A DNA stretch of 64,000 nucleotides. Origin: a virus. Its lineage: Duplodnaviria; Caudoviricetes. The stretch is from IMG/VR virus record IMGVR_UViG_3300013121_000027, positions 1-64,000 of that record; one strand, written 5' to 3'. The notes beneath the pieces were generated by a model. That model saw nothing but the letters and a program-made list of their open reading frames with translations, ran no database searches and was not told where the DNA came from. The translations under genes and the position numbers were made by a program. This document shows positions 29,684 to 39,047 of the stretch, one piece after another (the stretch's first letter is position 1; every line of letters starts with the position of its first letter).

Positions 29684-29835
29684 GGGATCTCTTATGTTGA
29701 TTGGTGCACTTTTAGTTGCGTGGGGAGTCACACTCGTTAAGGCTCCTCCCCCTCATAGTGACGATTTCTTTTGGGGTGTCGTTTGGATACTTGTTGGTTC
29801 CGGCATCTTTCTTAGAAATCTATTTGAAGATTAAA

Positions 29836-30102
29836 ATGACCGAAATTCCCAAAATCAAACATCGTTTCTTTTGGTGGAAACCACAGTGGGGATATAGATT
29901 TCCTATCTATTTTACTCGTGGAGAAGATGAGTTTGGTTGGCGAAATATAGGTATTATTACTTGGGCTGGTTCTGTATTCTTTCGTACCAACATGTGCTAT
30001 AATGATGAATGTGTTCAAGCTCGTCTTGAACATTGGAAATTCGTCAAGGAAGAATTTCCTGAAGAATATATTTCTTATTTTAAAGAAAAGAAAAAGAAGT
30101 AA
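29836..30102 (+). CDS. Hypothetical protein
   Basis: ORF track, in-frame ATG at 29836. Confidence 0.5.
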   Translation: MTEIPKIKHRFFWWKPQWGYRFPIYFTRGEDEFGWRNIGIITWAGSVFFRTNMCYNDECVQARLEHWKFVKEEFPEEYISYFKEKKKK

Positions 30103-30121
30103 AAATCCTTCTTAACAGTTT

Positions 30122-30312
30122 CGTGTAGTGCGTTGAGCATATTTATGCAGACGAGTATGTTCAATCTCCCCGATCGCACTACACGTATACAAGTCCTACT
30201 GGATACAGTTCGTTTCTCCTTTCTGGCTGTAACCAGTAGGCGATTTCTTTACAGGTCGATATGGGGATTGGGATAATTCCTTTGTCATAAAATTTATCCC
30301 TTTCCCCATATC
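30122..30312 (+). ncRNA. Three consecutive long hairpins (candidate ncRNA)
   Basis: cgtgtagtgcg/cgcactacacg; cctactgg/ccagtagg; gatatgggga/tccccatatc. Confidence 0.55.
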
Positions 30313-30544
30313 AAATATTATGGCAAAACCAACTCAAGATAATTTTCTATGTAATTTAACCCCTCATACAACTCATGTACTCTGCGACATTCTTGGCAGT
30401 TATCAAACTCGTTGCCAAATAGCAGCTGAAGAAGGATTTCCTTCTCTTCTAAAAGAATATGAAGTAATTGCTCCATTTCATGAAGCACTTGCTAAACACC
30501 TCAATACAATTAGATATTAACTTAACTTTTTTTAAGGAGATAAA

Positions 30545-31576
30545 ATGACTACTACCACCGCCCTAAAGACTGTGTTTGCTAAGGACGAGAGGACTGAGAA
30601 TTGGCTAAGGAGTCATGGTGTAATCTTTACCGGTCCAGTCGCAATTAAGCTCACTGACATTGACCGGAAAGTTTCTCGCAACAACCAAGCTCGTGACAAG
30701 GCTCTTATCGAAGATGCCGTAGATAGCTATCGTCAGGCACTTCGTAATGGGCAAGCCCTCCCGGCTATTGTTGTTCACAAGGTCGGTGCTAAGTATGTCA
30801 TCGTAGATGGCAATAATCGAGATCAAGCCGCCAATGAAGAAAAAGCTCTCAAGGCAATGGCTTATGTTCTCGATCCCGCTACTCCTTCAGAAACCATCAC
30901 TCTTCTTACCGTTACCGCAAACACCACTAATGGTGTTCGTGTTGATAAGTCTTGGTCCCTTCACAATGCTCTTTATCTCACTGAGCTTGGTTGGACTAAG
31001 GACAAAGCTGCTCGCGCCTTGAACGTTTCTGTTGCAGCTATTTCCGCTCATGAAAAAGAGCGCAACACTGGCAAGCGTGCTGTCGATCTGCGTATCACTG
31101 GGTGGAATACCATGCCCGTTCGCGTTCGTCAGATGCTTGGTCGCATTAAGCTTGATAAGCCGTTTGTGATTGTTGCTGAGGCGGCGATCGTTACTAAAAT
31201 TGGCTCATCTACTGAACTCAATGAAACGATTACCAAGATCAATCACGCAACCACTGAAGAAGAAGCAATTGAAATTGCTTCTCAGTGGGCTCGCGCAACT
31301 ATTGAAAATGCCAAGCAAAATGCTCGTATGGGCAAGAAGCATGGTAAGACCGACAACCCTAAGCTCAGTCTTATGACTGGTCTTGGTAAGGTTTCTGCTT
31401 TTAATCTTGGCATCTTCAATGCTACTTTCTCAACTGATGAAGATCGCCGCATCATCAAAGAGCGTCTTGACACCACTCTTGAAAAGCTTCTTCAAATGCG
31501 TTTCCGTTTGGTTGGAAAAGACGAAACCGAAGAGCAGGTTCTCACACTGCTCGACAATATTGGTAACGAGGGGTAA
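30545..31576 (+). CDS. ParB-like protein (ParB N-terminal domain plus HTH)
   Basis: LPAIVV...IVDGNNRDQAA (GxxRxxA) and KAARALNVSVAAIS HTH. Confidence 0.75.
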   Translation: MTTTTALKTVFAKDERTENWLRSHGVIFTGPVAIKLTDIDRKVSRNNQARDKALIEDAVDSYRQALRNGQALPAIVVHKVGAKYVIVDGNNRDQAANEEKALKAMAYVLDPATPSETITLLTVTANTTNGVRVDKSWSLHNALYLTELGWTKDKAARALNVSVAAISAHEKERNTGKRAVDLRITGWNTMPVRVRQMLGRIKLDKPFVIVAEAAIVTKIGSSTELNETITKINHATTEEEAIEIASQWARATIENAKQNARMGKKHGKTDNPKLSLMTGLGKVSAFNLGIFNATFSTDEDRRIIKERLDTTLEKLLQMRFRLVGKDETEEQVLTLLDNIGNEG

Positions 31577-31578
31577 CA

Positions 31579-32226
31579 ATGCCCAGATCACCTGAGTATG
31601 ATTTAATCATGAGTGAACTCACTTTTGATTGGGTCAATATTGAGGATTTGATTTCTAAACTTTCCGGAAAAGTTCTTCCTGGTAAAGCTGTTCGCGAATA
31701 TCAACAGGCTTTTGATCTCCATCGCGCCAAGGCTAAAGGAACTGGTCCCGCTAAGGGACCTCTTCCCCAAGATCAGCAAATTTATTCTGGTGCGCGTTCT
31801 ATTCTGCGAGGCGCTTTACGTTCTGCTGAACTTGCTAATAATGTTCAAATTCGCAAAATAGCTAACGTAACTTATGTTCGCCGTAATGTTTTTACTGCTG
31901 ATGAAGTTGAAGCTATTGTAGCTGATAAAGTTTCAAATGAAATTCAAATTCCTCAAGTAATTGCGGATGCTTTAATTCCTCATATTTTTGATACTTTGAT
32001 GTTTGATATTCGAACTGTCAAGACTGTTGAAGTTCGTTGCAATCAGGATAAAACAAATGTCACTATCACTTTCAAAGATGTTCTTGATAAACAGAATTTG
32101 ACCGTTGCCCTTACTGAACAGGCTGCCGACTGGTTAAGTGATCAGTTAGGCATTCAGGCATTGATGGCTCGTAATGGTGCTGATAACCCACGTAAAGCTA
32201 TTCCTCATTCGTCTCGTTTTACCTAA
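31579..32226 (+). CDS. Hypothetical protein
   Basis: Starts 2 nt after the ParB-like gene ends. Confidence 0.7.
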   Translation: MPRSPEYDLIMSELTFDWVNIEDLISKLSGKVLPGKAVREYQQAFDLHRAKAKGTGPAKGPLPQDQQIYSGARSILRGALRSAELANNVQIRKIANVTYVRRNVFTADEVEAIVADKVSNEIQIPQVIADALIPHIFDTLMFDIRTVKTVEVRCNQDKTNVTITFKDVLDKQNLTVALTEQAADWLSDQLGIQALMARNGADNPRKAIPHSSRFT

Positions 32227-32362
32227 ATCTCTTTCCTGCTTGGAAAAGAAAAAGATTTTATTCAGATTTCTGAACTCAATCTTTAATAACAAATAATAAC
32301 AACCATAACTTACCTTAACCCTTTATGGGCTATCTGAGTTTATTAGCTATTGGAGTATAACA

Positions 32363-33409
32363 ATGAATCACGCTCTTCTCGATGGGCTCCTGGAAGATTT
32401 CGGTACCTTTGATGATACCCTTGAGCAGTTGGAAATGTCCGGTGAGATCGTAACGATCGCTGCCGGTAAATGGAACAACGCTCAGGAAGCTATTGTCGTT
32501 GGTGACAAGAGTCATATGTTCAATGTGAGGTATCGCTTCGCTGATCCGATTCTGTCCTCGATCATTCTTCGTAAGACTCTTACCGCTACTCATCCTGAGG
32601 GTCGCATCGACTTCAATGCCACTATCGTTTCCCACCGCGACCTTCAGGTCCAGGTTGGTGACGATTGGATTGACATCGGCGCCTTTGCCGCTGCTGCGGT
32701 TCGTCGTGCCTCGCCCAATGCTCATCAGACTGATGACACCATCCTGAACATTCTCGCTCAGTATGGTTGGAATCCTACTGAGCGTTTTCCGATGTATCTC
32801 CAGCACCTTGGCGCTGGTCAGGATGCATTCAACCAGATCGCTAGTCATTTTGTGAGCATTGGTGCTACCGACAATACCAAGGATGTGCGTTCTCGTGCAC
32901 AGGGTCAGCGTAGCTCTGTTCTCGCTGCCTATCGTCATCCTGGTGATGTTCCCGTCATTTCCATGGAAACCTCCAAGGCAAACCGCAGTCTCAGCATGAC
33001 GGGCTCTGGCTTCATCGGTTTCCTCGATGGCACTTGGGGTACCTTGACCAAGGTTCTTGTTGCTCACCGTACTCGTCAGGCTCTCCAGACGATTCTCGAC
33101 AACCCGAACTCTACTGAGGCTCAGCGTACTCAGGCAGCTGCCAATCAGGCTCACATTCGCAACATTTTCACCACTCCCGTTCTTGCCCGTGCCTTCCGTA
33201 ACTGGGGTGGCACGACTGAAGTTCCTGATGTTCTCGGTGAGAACCCCAGCCGCTACTTCGCACAGCAGGTTCCTTGTGGTCGTTTCACCATTGACGGTGG
33301 TACGACCTACTCGGTGTGGACTTCTCGTGCAGATGGTACCGCTACGGCAACTCTTCCTGCTGCGACTCTTGCGGACGCTCTTCCTGCTTTGGAAACTGGT
33401 ACTTTCTGA
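32363..33409 (+). CDS. Hypothetical protein with high-expression codon bias
   Basis: GGAG RBS; strong optimal-codon usage. Confidence 0.8.
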   Translation: MNHALLDGLLEDFGTFDDTLEQLEMSGEIVTIAAGKWNNAQEAIVVGDKSHMFNVRYRFADPILSSIILRKTLTATHPEGRIDFNATIVSHRDLQVQVGDDWIDIGAFAAAAVRRASPNAHQTDDTILNILAQYGWNPTERFPMYLQHLGAGQDAFNQIASHFVSIGATDNTKDVRSRAQGQRSSVLAAYRHPGDVPVISMETSKANRSLSMTGSGFIGFLDGTWGTLTKVLVAHRTRQALQTILDNPNSTEAQRTQAAANQAHIRNIFTTPVLARAFRNWGGTTEVPDVLGENPSRYFAQQVPCGRFTIDGGTTYSVWTSRADGTATATLPAATLADALPALETGTF

Positions 33410-33639
33410 AAAGAAAGATGTAGCGCCAATATTCTCATATAGGTGCTACAAAGATGGTTTTAAATTCTTTTAATTGGTTGCTCATCGAATTAAAGGAATT
33501 CTAAATCTCTTACCGCCCCCGCAAGAGATTCCAGAACGCCATCGATAAAACTAAAGTTTAGAATTAGGTTTTATCGCTCTTTTATATGATAAGATACGAT
33601 ACTGTTAATATCCTTTCTCATTAAAGGTATTTCAATATC

Positions 33640-33852
33640 GTGACCAAACAACATAATTGTAAAGAAGTAAATTCAATGCTGAAGCAGATTGAGAAGCATG
33701 GCTTTTCCGTCTCCGCAAAAGCTAAATCTGGTAGCGTTAAGATAACTCCACCTTCAAATATTAAAGGTACTGTTTATCATACCCATGCTACTCAATCTTC
33801 ACTTCATCAAATCAGACGTGATTTTGCACGATTATATGGAGTGAAACTTTAA
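33640..33852 (+). CDS. HicA-like small protein
   Basis: HGFSV...GSVKITPP...H...IRRDF resembles the dsRBD-like HicA fold. Confidence 0.45.
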   Translation: MTKQHNCKEVNSMLKQIEKHGFSVSAKAKSGSVKITPPSNIKGTVYHTHATQSSLHQIRRDFARLYGVKL

Positions 33853-33950
33853 GTTGATGTTTTGTTACTCGTCTTTGAAAAAGATGGGGAATAATTCAAG
33901 TTCTGCAAATAAATATCAATCAACTTTACAAGGGGAGAAGTTTCAATACC

Positions 33951-36572
33951 ATGACTTTTTTTAGAGTTTACGACAACTCTGATTACGTCAAGTGCAATTT
34001 CATTTCGGATGATGCTTTGGCAGCTGAAATGAATGAGCGTAACCGTGCTAACGACTATCCAGCCGTTAGCTCGCCTGCTCTTATGGGGGGATACTGTTAT
34101 CCGATTCTGGATGACATCGTAGCGACTCATGCTAAAGGCGCTACGTATCAGATTCTTAAGGCTGGACTTCCTAAGAATGATGTCGCTAATCACGACAAAA
34201 TTTTGAGGCTTGTCGCTCAGCCTGAAACGCTCTATGCCTATGTAGATTCGGGTGACATCACTGTCGTCCAAATCGAAAATTGGAACCGTGCAGCGCTTCC
34301 TTTGTCTTCTATCAATTGGCTCATTTCCAACGGTAACAAGACTTTTAAGCGTCTCAAAACTCTTAATCGTCCTTTCCGTCTTTGGGATATTTCCGAAGAA
34401 GAGCTTCGCGTTATCGTTGTTGAAGATGATGATTATACCAATGAAGACCTTTCGGATTACACTGAAGCAGAGATTGAGCGCCTCTTGGATGGCGCTATCG
34501 TCATCAATCCCAAACTTTTTCAGGATTGTCTTGCTAATATCAAGTTTCCTGAATATGTTCAAGATGACAATCATCCCGAATTCGCCGTTGACTATTATCG
34601 TCAACAAGAATATTTGCGTCAGAGTGCAAACTTTCATGCATTCAATGGTCGCATTTTTGGACCGATGCATTTCATTGGTCTTCATCCTGGTGAAGAAGAT
34701 GATAAGTATCGCCGTCCTGGTATGCTCAAGGGTGAAGTTTTTCTTGATGTATCTGGTATGTGCGAACGGATGCATGCCGATATCATCTGTGCCCGTAGTG
34801 CCTTGAAGTTTGAAGTTGCCAATACCACTCAGCGTATTGTTCTTCTTGAGCCTCAAAAAGCCAAGTTGTCTGGCGTTTCTTCCGATCTTCAAACCATGAT
34901 CAATGTTCCTGCATTGTATCAGCCTGAAGATGTTCAGAAATGGACTCGCAACTTCTTGTTGGCTAACTTTAATCGTCTCAAGAACAATGAAGTCATGGAA
35001 TCTTGGTACGATATGTCCACTCCATTCTTCAATTCAAGTGCACGTATTTTCAATCAGAATGATGTACTCACTCTGACTAAGTGGAATGCTCGTGCTTGGT
35101 TGATGAGTGGTTTGCGTCTTACCGACTCTCCTTGGCTCTTTGAACAAATGGGTTCTGCAATCGCTAAGACTCTTCGTGTTCAAGATGAACAAAAGCTTCG
35201 CTTTCCGATTCCCTGCGCTGTACGTGCTCAGGTAGTCTCTGCATCATTTGCCTCTATGGCAGGATGTGATATGGAGGTCGTTCCTCAATCTGCTCGCTGG
35301 TGTGAAGATCTCGAAGCTATCGTTGTCAACGATATCGATTGGTTGGAAATGTATCGTAGTCATGGCGGACCTGATCTTGATGACTTCTTCGTTGCATACT
35401 GGCGTACTATTGGAAATACTCGCAAGATTGTTCTTGTTCGTTCTCCCAATGATTTGGGTGAATACAGCATTTTTGATTACGTCGAAGGTGACTGGTATCC
35501 TCAGATGGAAACTCATGATGGAGGATTTATTCTCTTTCCTGAAGTTTCTAACGATCCTAATCTTTGGGCTCAGCGCTTGTCTGAAGCCTATGAGTTGGGC
35601 GAAATCATCTACACCGGATTGCCCTCCGATGCTGATACAACTAAACCTGATCCTCATCCATACTGTTATGACGATGTAAAGTATCTTATCGAAAATAACG
35701 TCGCATCTGCGTCTTGTGTTGGTGCAAATGTCAACGCTCGTAGCTTGTGGGCATTGACTAAGCGTGAGCATCGTAAGGTTCAGTTGACTACCATGGAATC
35801 CTGCATTGACACAGGAACTCAAGGTGGACATCAAGACGATATTCAGGCTGTTCATGCTGAGGCTCGCCAGATTGTTGATGATATCATTGCAGATACTACT
35901 CTGAAGATTGACTCATATATGTGGTATACGAGATTCGCTAGCATTTTCAAGATGCCATTTTCTCCATCTCGTTTGACTTCAGATACGCATGTTTCTCGCG
36001 CAAATCAATTCCGTAAGGATGCTGCTCGCTCTTTCAATAAGATGGTTCGTGATTACGCTCAAACCCACCTTGTTAAGAACTTGAATCCAGTCATTCATGC
36101 ACTTGGCGCAAAACGTCTTCGTGCAGGATATGAAGTGATTCGCGAAACTCGTATGCAGATGTATCGCATGCAGACTACCGGAGATCAGACTCTTGAATAC
36201 AACTCTTGGCAGGATGTACATAAACTTATGTTGGAAAAGATTCATGAATTTAAATCTGATGTCGACAAGTTTGATTTTGTTCTTGGTATGTATTCCGCAT
36301 GTTTCAAAGCCCCTACCACTGCAGGTGGACGCATCACTGATCAATTGGTGATGAATCCACACATCTTTCCGTATCTCCTTAACGCACTTCGTTTCTATGG
36401 TCTTGCCTTCTACATCAATGTTGATGATGAAGGTCAGATCGTTCGGAATAAGGTGAACGAATGGGAGCTTGAGTGTAAGGTTTGCGGCGTTATAAAGACT
36501 ACGGATAATCCTACGATTCTCCAGTCTTATCACACCCATCTTGGTGTGTGTATGGAATGCCGTAACCCTTAA
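33951..36572 (+). CDS. Putative single-subunit two-barrel RNA polymerase (cellular RdRP/YonO-like), non-canonical DLDD site
   Basis: DGAIVIN, FNGRIFG..MLKG, RSALKFE, GL..DSPWL..KLRFPI, GGPDLDDFFVAYW, VRSP, VGANVN, CIDTGTQG; C-terminal CxxC..CxxC. Confidence 0.7.
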   Translation: MTFFRVYDNSDYVKCNFISDDALAAEMNERNRANDYPAVSSPALMGGYCYPILDDIVATHAKGATYQILKAGLPKNDVANHDKILRLVAQPETLYAYVDSGDITVVQIENWNRAALPLSSINWLISNGNKTFKRLKTLNRPFRLWDISEEELRVIVVEDDDYTNEDLSDYTEAEIERLLDGAIVINPKLFQDCLANIKFPEYVQDDNHPEFAVDYYRQQEYLRQSANFHAFNGRIFGPMHFIGLHPGEEDDKYRRPGMLKGEVFLDVSGMCERMHADIICARSALKFEVANTTQRIVLLEPQKAKLSGVSSDLQTMINVPALYQPEDVQKWTRNFLLANFNRLKNNEVMESWYDMSTPFFNSSARIFNQNDVLTLTKWNARAWLMSGLRLTDSPWLFEQMGSAIAKTLRVQDEQKLRFPIPCAVRAQVVSASFASMAGCDMEVVPQSARWCEDLEAIVVNDIDWLEMYRSHGGPDLDDFFVAYWRTIGNTRKIVLVRSPNDLGEYSIFDYVEGDWYPQMETHDGGFILFPEVSNDPNLWAQRLSEAYELGEIIYTGLPSDADTTKPDPHPYCYDDVKYLIENNVASASCVGANVNARSLWALTKREHRKVQLTTMESCIDTGTQGGHQDDIQAVHAEARQIVDDIIADTTLKIDSYMWYTRFASIFKMPFSPSRLTSDTHVSRANQFRKDAARSFNKMVRDYAQTHLVKNLNPVIHALGAKRLRAGYEVIRETRMQMYRMQTTGDQTLEYNSWQDVHKLMLEKIHEFKSDVDKFDFVLGMYSACFKAPTTAGGRITDQLVMNPHIFPYLLNALRFYGLAFYINVDDEGQIVRNKVNEWELECKVCGVIKTTDNPTILQSYHTHLGVCMECRNP

Positions 36573-36595
36573 ATCTCCTGCTGGAAGCAAAAGGT

Positions 36596-36675
36596 GAGGG
36601 GATGGGGTATTGTATTTTGTTCGATGTGAATACTCCTATTATTCGCTACGTAAGTATACAATGCTCCATCCCCTC
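36596..36675 (+). ncRNA. 20-bp closing-stem RNA domain after the polymerase-like gene
   Basis: gaggggatggggtattgtat pairs with atacaatgctccatcccctc (2 G.U). Confidence 0.55.
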
Positions 36676-37024
36676 CTTGGAATGATCTGAGGTTTCTTAA
36701 TGAATAATAAATCGCAAAATGCATGGTTGAAAACTCAAACTGCATGGACGTTGATTATTGTTCTTATGCTATTGAATCTTTCTCCTATTGCAATTATTGT
36801 ATTTATTCTTTGGCTTTTTAACGTGGAGTAATTCAATGTTTTTCAAAAAGACAAAAGAACAGCTGATTCAGAAATCAGAAAATATAACCTCAATTCTAAC
36901 TTTCAAGTTGGATGAGGCTAATAGGAATCTTATTAAAGTTTCCGACGTAGCTTCTACCCTTCTTGCTCTTTTAATGATGAATATGTTAGTTCTCACGGTA
37001 GCTGTCATATTCCTTATTTTTTAG

Positions 37025-37520
37025 ATCTGAGACTCAATTGCGTCAGACAAGAAAAAGATGGATCCCGTTAGTTCGCCCACGCTCGCAAGAGGCAGTGCTT
37101 AGGATTGAAACGATAGCTTCTATTATCTGATTGAGTTAAAATCAGAAGGTTCAGTCAAGAACCTTTTTTGAGGTTTGCGCAAAACCAATAAATAAATAGC
37201 TTTTATAAGAACTTTACTTTGTGAAAAGTAGATGACTTTCTCCCAGTAAATGGTAGGTTCATTAAGTTGAACTGGATTCAAAAAGAGAAGAATTTCTTTA
37301 TAAAAGAGTGATACAGGTGGAGTACCTGAGGGTGTGATGATACCTTAGTATCCTAACCATGAGTTTGGTAGAGCTTATGTAAAAGTAGAGTTTACTCGTG
37401 ATTTAAAAGAGACGATCTTATTAACTTATTTTAATAAATCAAGCGCTTTTAATACAGGTGACGACGATCTGTAGAGCTTGTCAGTTGCTGTAAAATTGGA
37501 ACTGTCGCTTTCACAGGAAG
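37025..37520 (+). ncRNA. Candidate large ncRNA (~500 nt)
   Basis: No credible ORF; many short hairpins; upstream of the tRNA-Pro locus. Confidence 0.4.
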
Positions 37521-37527
37521 GACAAGT

Positions 37528-37938
37528 ATGGGATATCGTAAAAGAAATATAGATCCAGATCCTGTTTGTCCAACTTGTGGAAAATATAAAGAATATAGAG
37601 TTCTTCATGGTGTTTATATAAAGCACGGACGAGTCTATAATAGACCCGCTAGAAACTGGACTACTAAAATTATTTTTTCTAAAAGATTAAATAAATTTAT
37701 AAGTAGAAAAATAGCAGATGAAAATCCAACCGTTAGAACTCGCGTCAATAAAAAGAAGTATCGTATACCATTTGATCGCGTAAGAAAATATGCTTTTTGT
37801 TCCGATCCTTTCCATGATTATATTTCTAAAGAAGATCGTCCAAAAGAAAAAGTTATACCACCAAAAGTTCACAATCCTGACTTAACTGAAAAGAAAAAAT
37901 TAATGAAACGCGATCTTCAAGGAAAACATCGTCGTTAA
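37528..37938 (+). CDS. Basic hypothetical protein (Zn ribbon)
   Basis: AAGGA RBS; CPTCG...CSDPFH. Confidence 0.65.
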   Translation: MGYRKRNIDPDPVCPTCGKYKEYRVLHGVYIKHGRVYNRPARNWTTKIIFSKRLNKFISRKIADENPTVRTRVNKKKYRIPFDRVRKYAFCSDPFHDYISKEDRPKEKVIPPKVHNPDLTEKKKLMKRDLQGKHRR

Positions 37939-37955
37939 CATTTTGTAAAAGTGAT

Positions 37956-37984
37956 TTGACAGCTTTTTCAATCATTTGTATACT
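37956..37984 (+). promoter_or_regulatory. Sigma70-type promoter
   Basis: TTGACA-17-TATACT upstream of the tRNA-Pro remnant. Confidence 0.75.
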
Positions 37985-38023
37985 AGCAATTACTAACTAA
38001 TAGCTATTAAACTTTTTTATTTA

Positions 38024-38064
38024 CGGGACGTAGCTCAGCTTGGTAGCGCACCTGCTTTTGGTGC
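38024..38064 (+). pseudogene. 5' part of a truncated tRNA-Pro
   Basis: CGGGACGTAGCTCAGCTTGGTAGCGCACCTGC followed by a mutated loop; no T arm. Confidence 0.75.
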
Positions 38065-38081
38065 AAAAAATCCAAACTTGA

Positions 38082-38276
38082 TCTTCTGCCAACGACTACT
38101 ATGGGATTAAGTGTTGTAATGAAAACTGCCTTTTAACCGTTAAACAAATTAATATTCCAAAAGAACTTATAGATGTCCATCATATTGATGGCAATAGAAG
38201 TAACAATAATTTAGATAATTTAATACCTCTTTGCGTATGGTGTCATGCTATCACAACAAGAAATGTTATACTATAA
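38082..38276 (+). pseudogene. HNH endonuclease remnant (no start codon)
   Basis: Frame reads KCCNENC...IDVHHIDGNRSNNNLDNLIPLCVWCHA. Confidence 0.8.
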
Positions 38277-38283
38277 AATTTAC

Positions 38284-38354
38284 CGGGCATTGGTATAGTG
38301 GTAAAACACTTGCTTTGGGAGCAAGAGTCACAGATTCGATTTCTGTATGCCCGA
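38284..38354 (+). tRNA. tRNA-Pro(TGG)
   Basis: cgggcat/atgcccg acceptor, cttgc-ttTGGga-gcaag. Confidence 0.88.
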
Positions 38355-38357
38355 CTT

Positions 38358-38693
38358 ATGGAACCTTATAAACTAGATCAAGAATTTCTTGAAGCAAAAT
38401 CTCTTTTAGAAAATCTTTTTGCGCAGCTTCAACAATTAGAAGTCCTTGGATCTTTAAATCAATCTCTTATTCCAGAAACGATTGAAATCATGAAAATGAT
38501 GTTTAATCGCATTATTGAATTAGATTGCATGTTTGATAAATCTGATGATTTTGCTTTGCGTCTTAATCAAGCTTTATCTAAAGCAGATCCAGTAGCCGCA
38601 CTTCCCCTTGCTATTGAAGGGGTAGTCCTTCTTGATGATGTAGATGATCTTATTGCTAATTTCATATTTAAAGTTGATTCTGATGAAACATGA
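38358..38693 (+). CDS. Hypothetical protein
   Basis: ATG directly after tRNA-Pro. Confidence 0.6.
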   Translation: MEPYKLDQEFLEAKSLLENLFAQLQQLEVLGSLNQSLIPETIEIMKMMFNRIIELDCMFDKSDDFALRLNQALSKADPVAALPLAIEGVVLLDDVDDLIANFIFKVDSDET

Positions 38694-39047
38694 TTTCACT
38701 AATCAAGCCGCTATCATAAAAGGATATTATCTTAATCATGAAGGTTCGACCCATTACGAAGATTGCTGGAAATCGCACCCCCGTTGTGCTATTTCGCGAC
38801 TTACTCACATCGTCTTCTGTGCCGAGGAAGAAATCAAAAGGCTCGAAAAAGCGTTAGGTGAGCAAACTGAGTCTGTTCGTAAATGGAAAAATCGCGAACA
38901 TTCAAAATCTAAAAGACTCGCTAAAGCTCGTCAAGAAGCAGAACATCTTAAATCTATTATTAAGCTTCTTAAACCATCTCCATCTAATGTAAACAACTTC
39001 AAAAATAGATGGAATAACAAAAAAAAGCTATAACAGAAAGGTAAGCT

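Noticed and set aside
33849-34892. Long minus-strand ORFs (also 706-1155, 3237-3947, 18205-19113, 32330-33154, 39414-40094)
   Set aside because: Antisense shadows of codon-biased + strand genes, with no RBS or recognisable motifs
38298-38357. ORF-track N-termini overlapping tRNAs (38298, 44151, 48033)
   Set aside because: These starts lie inside tRNA genes; downstream ATGs (38358, 44190, 48078) are more plausible
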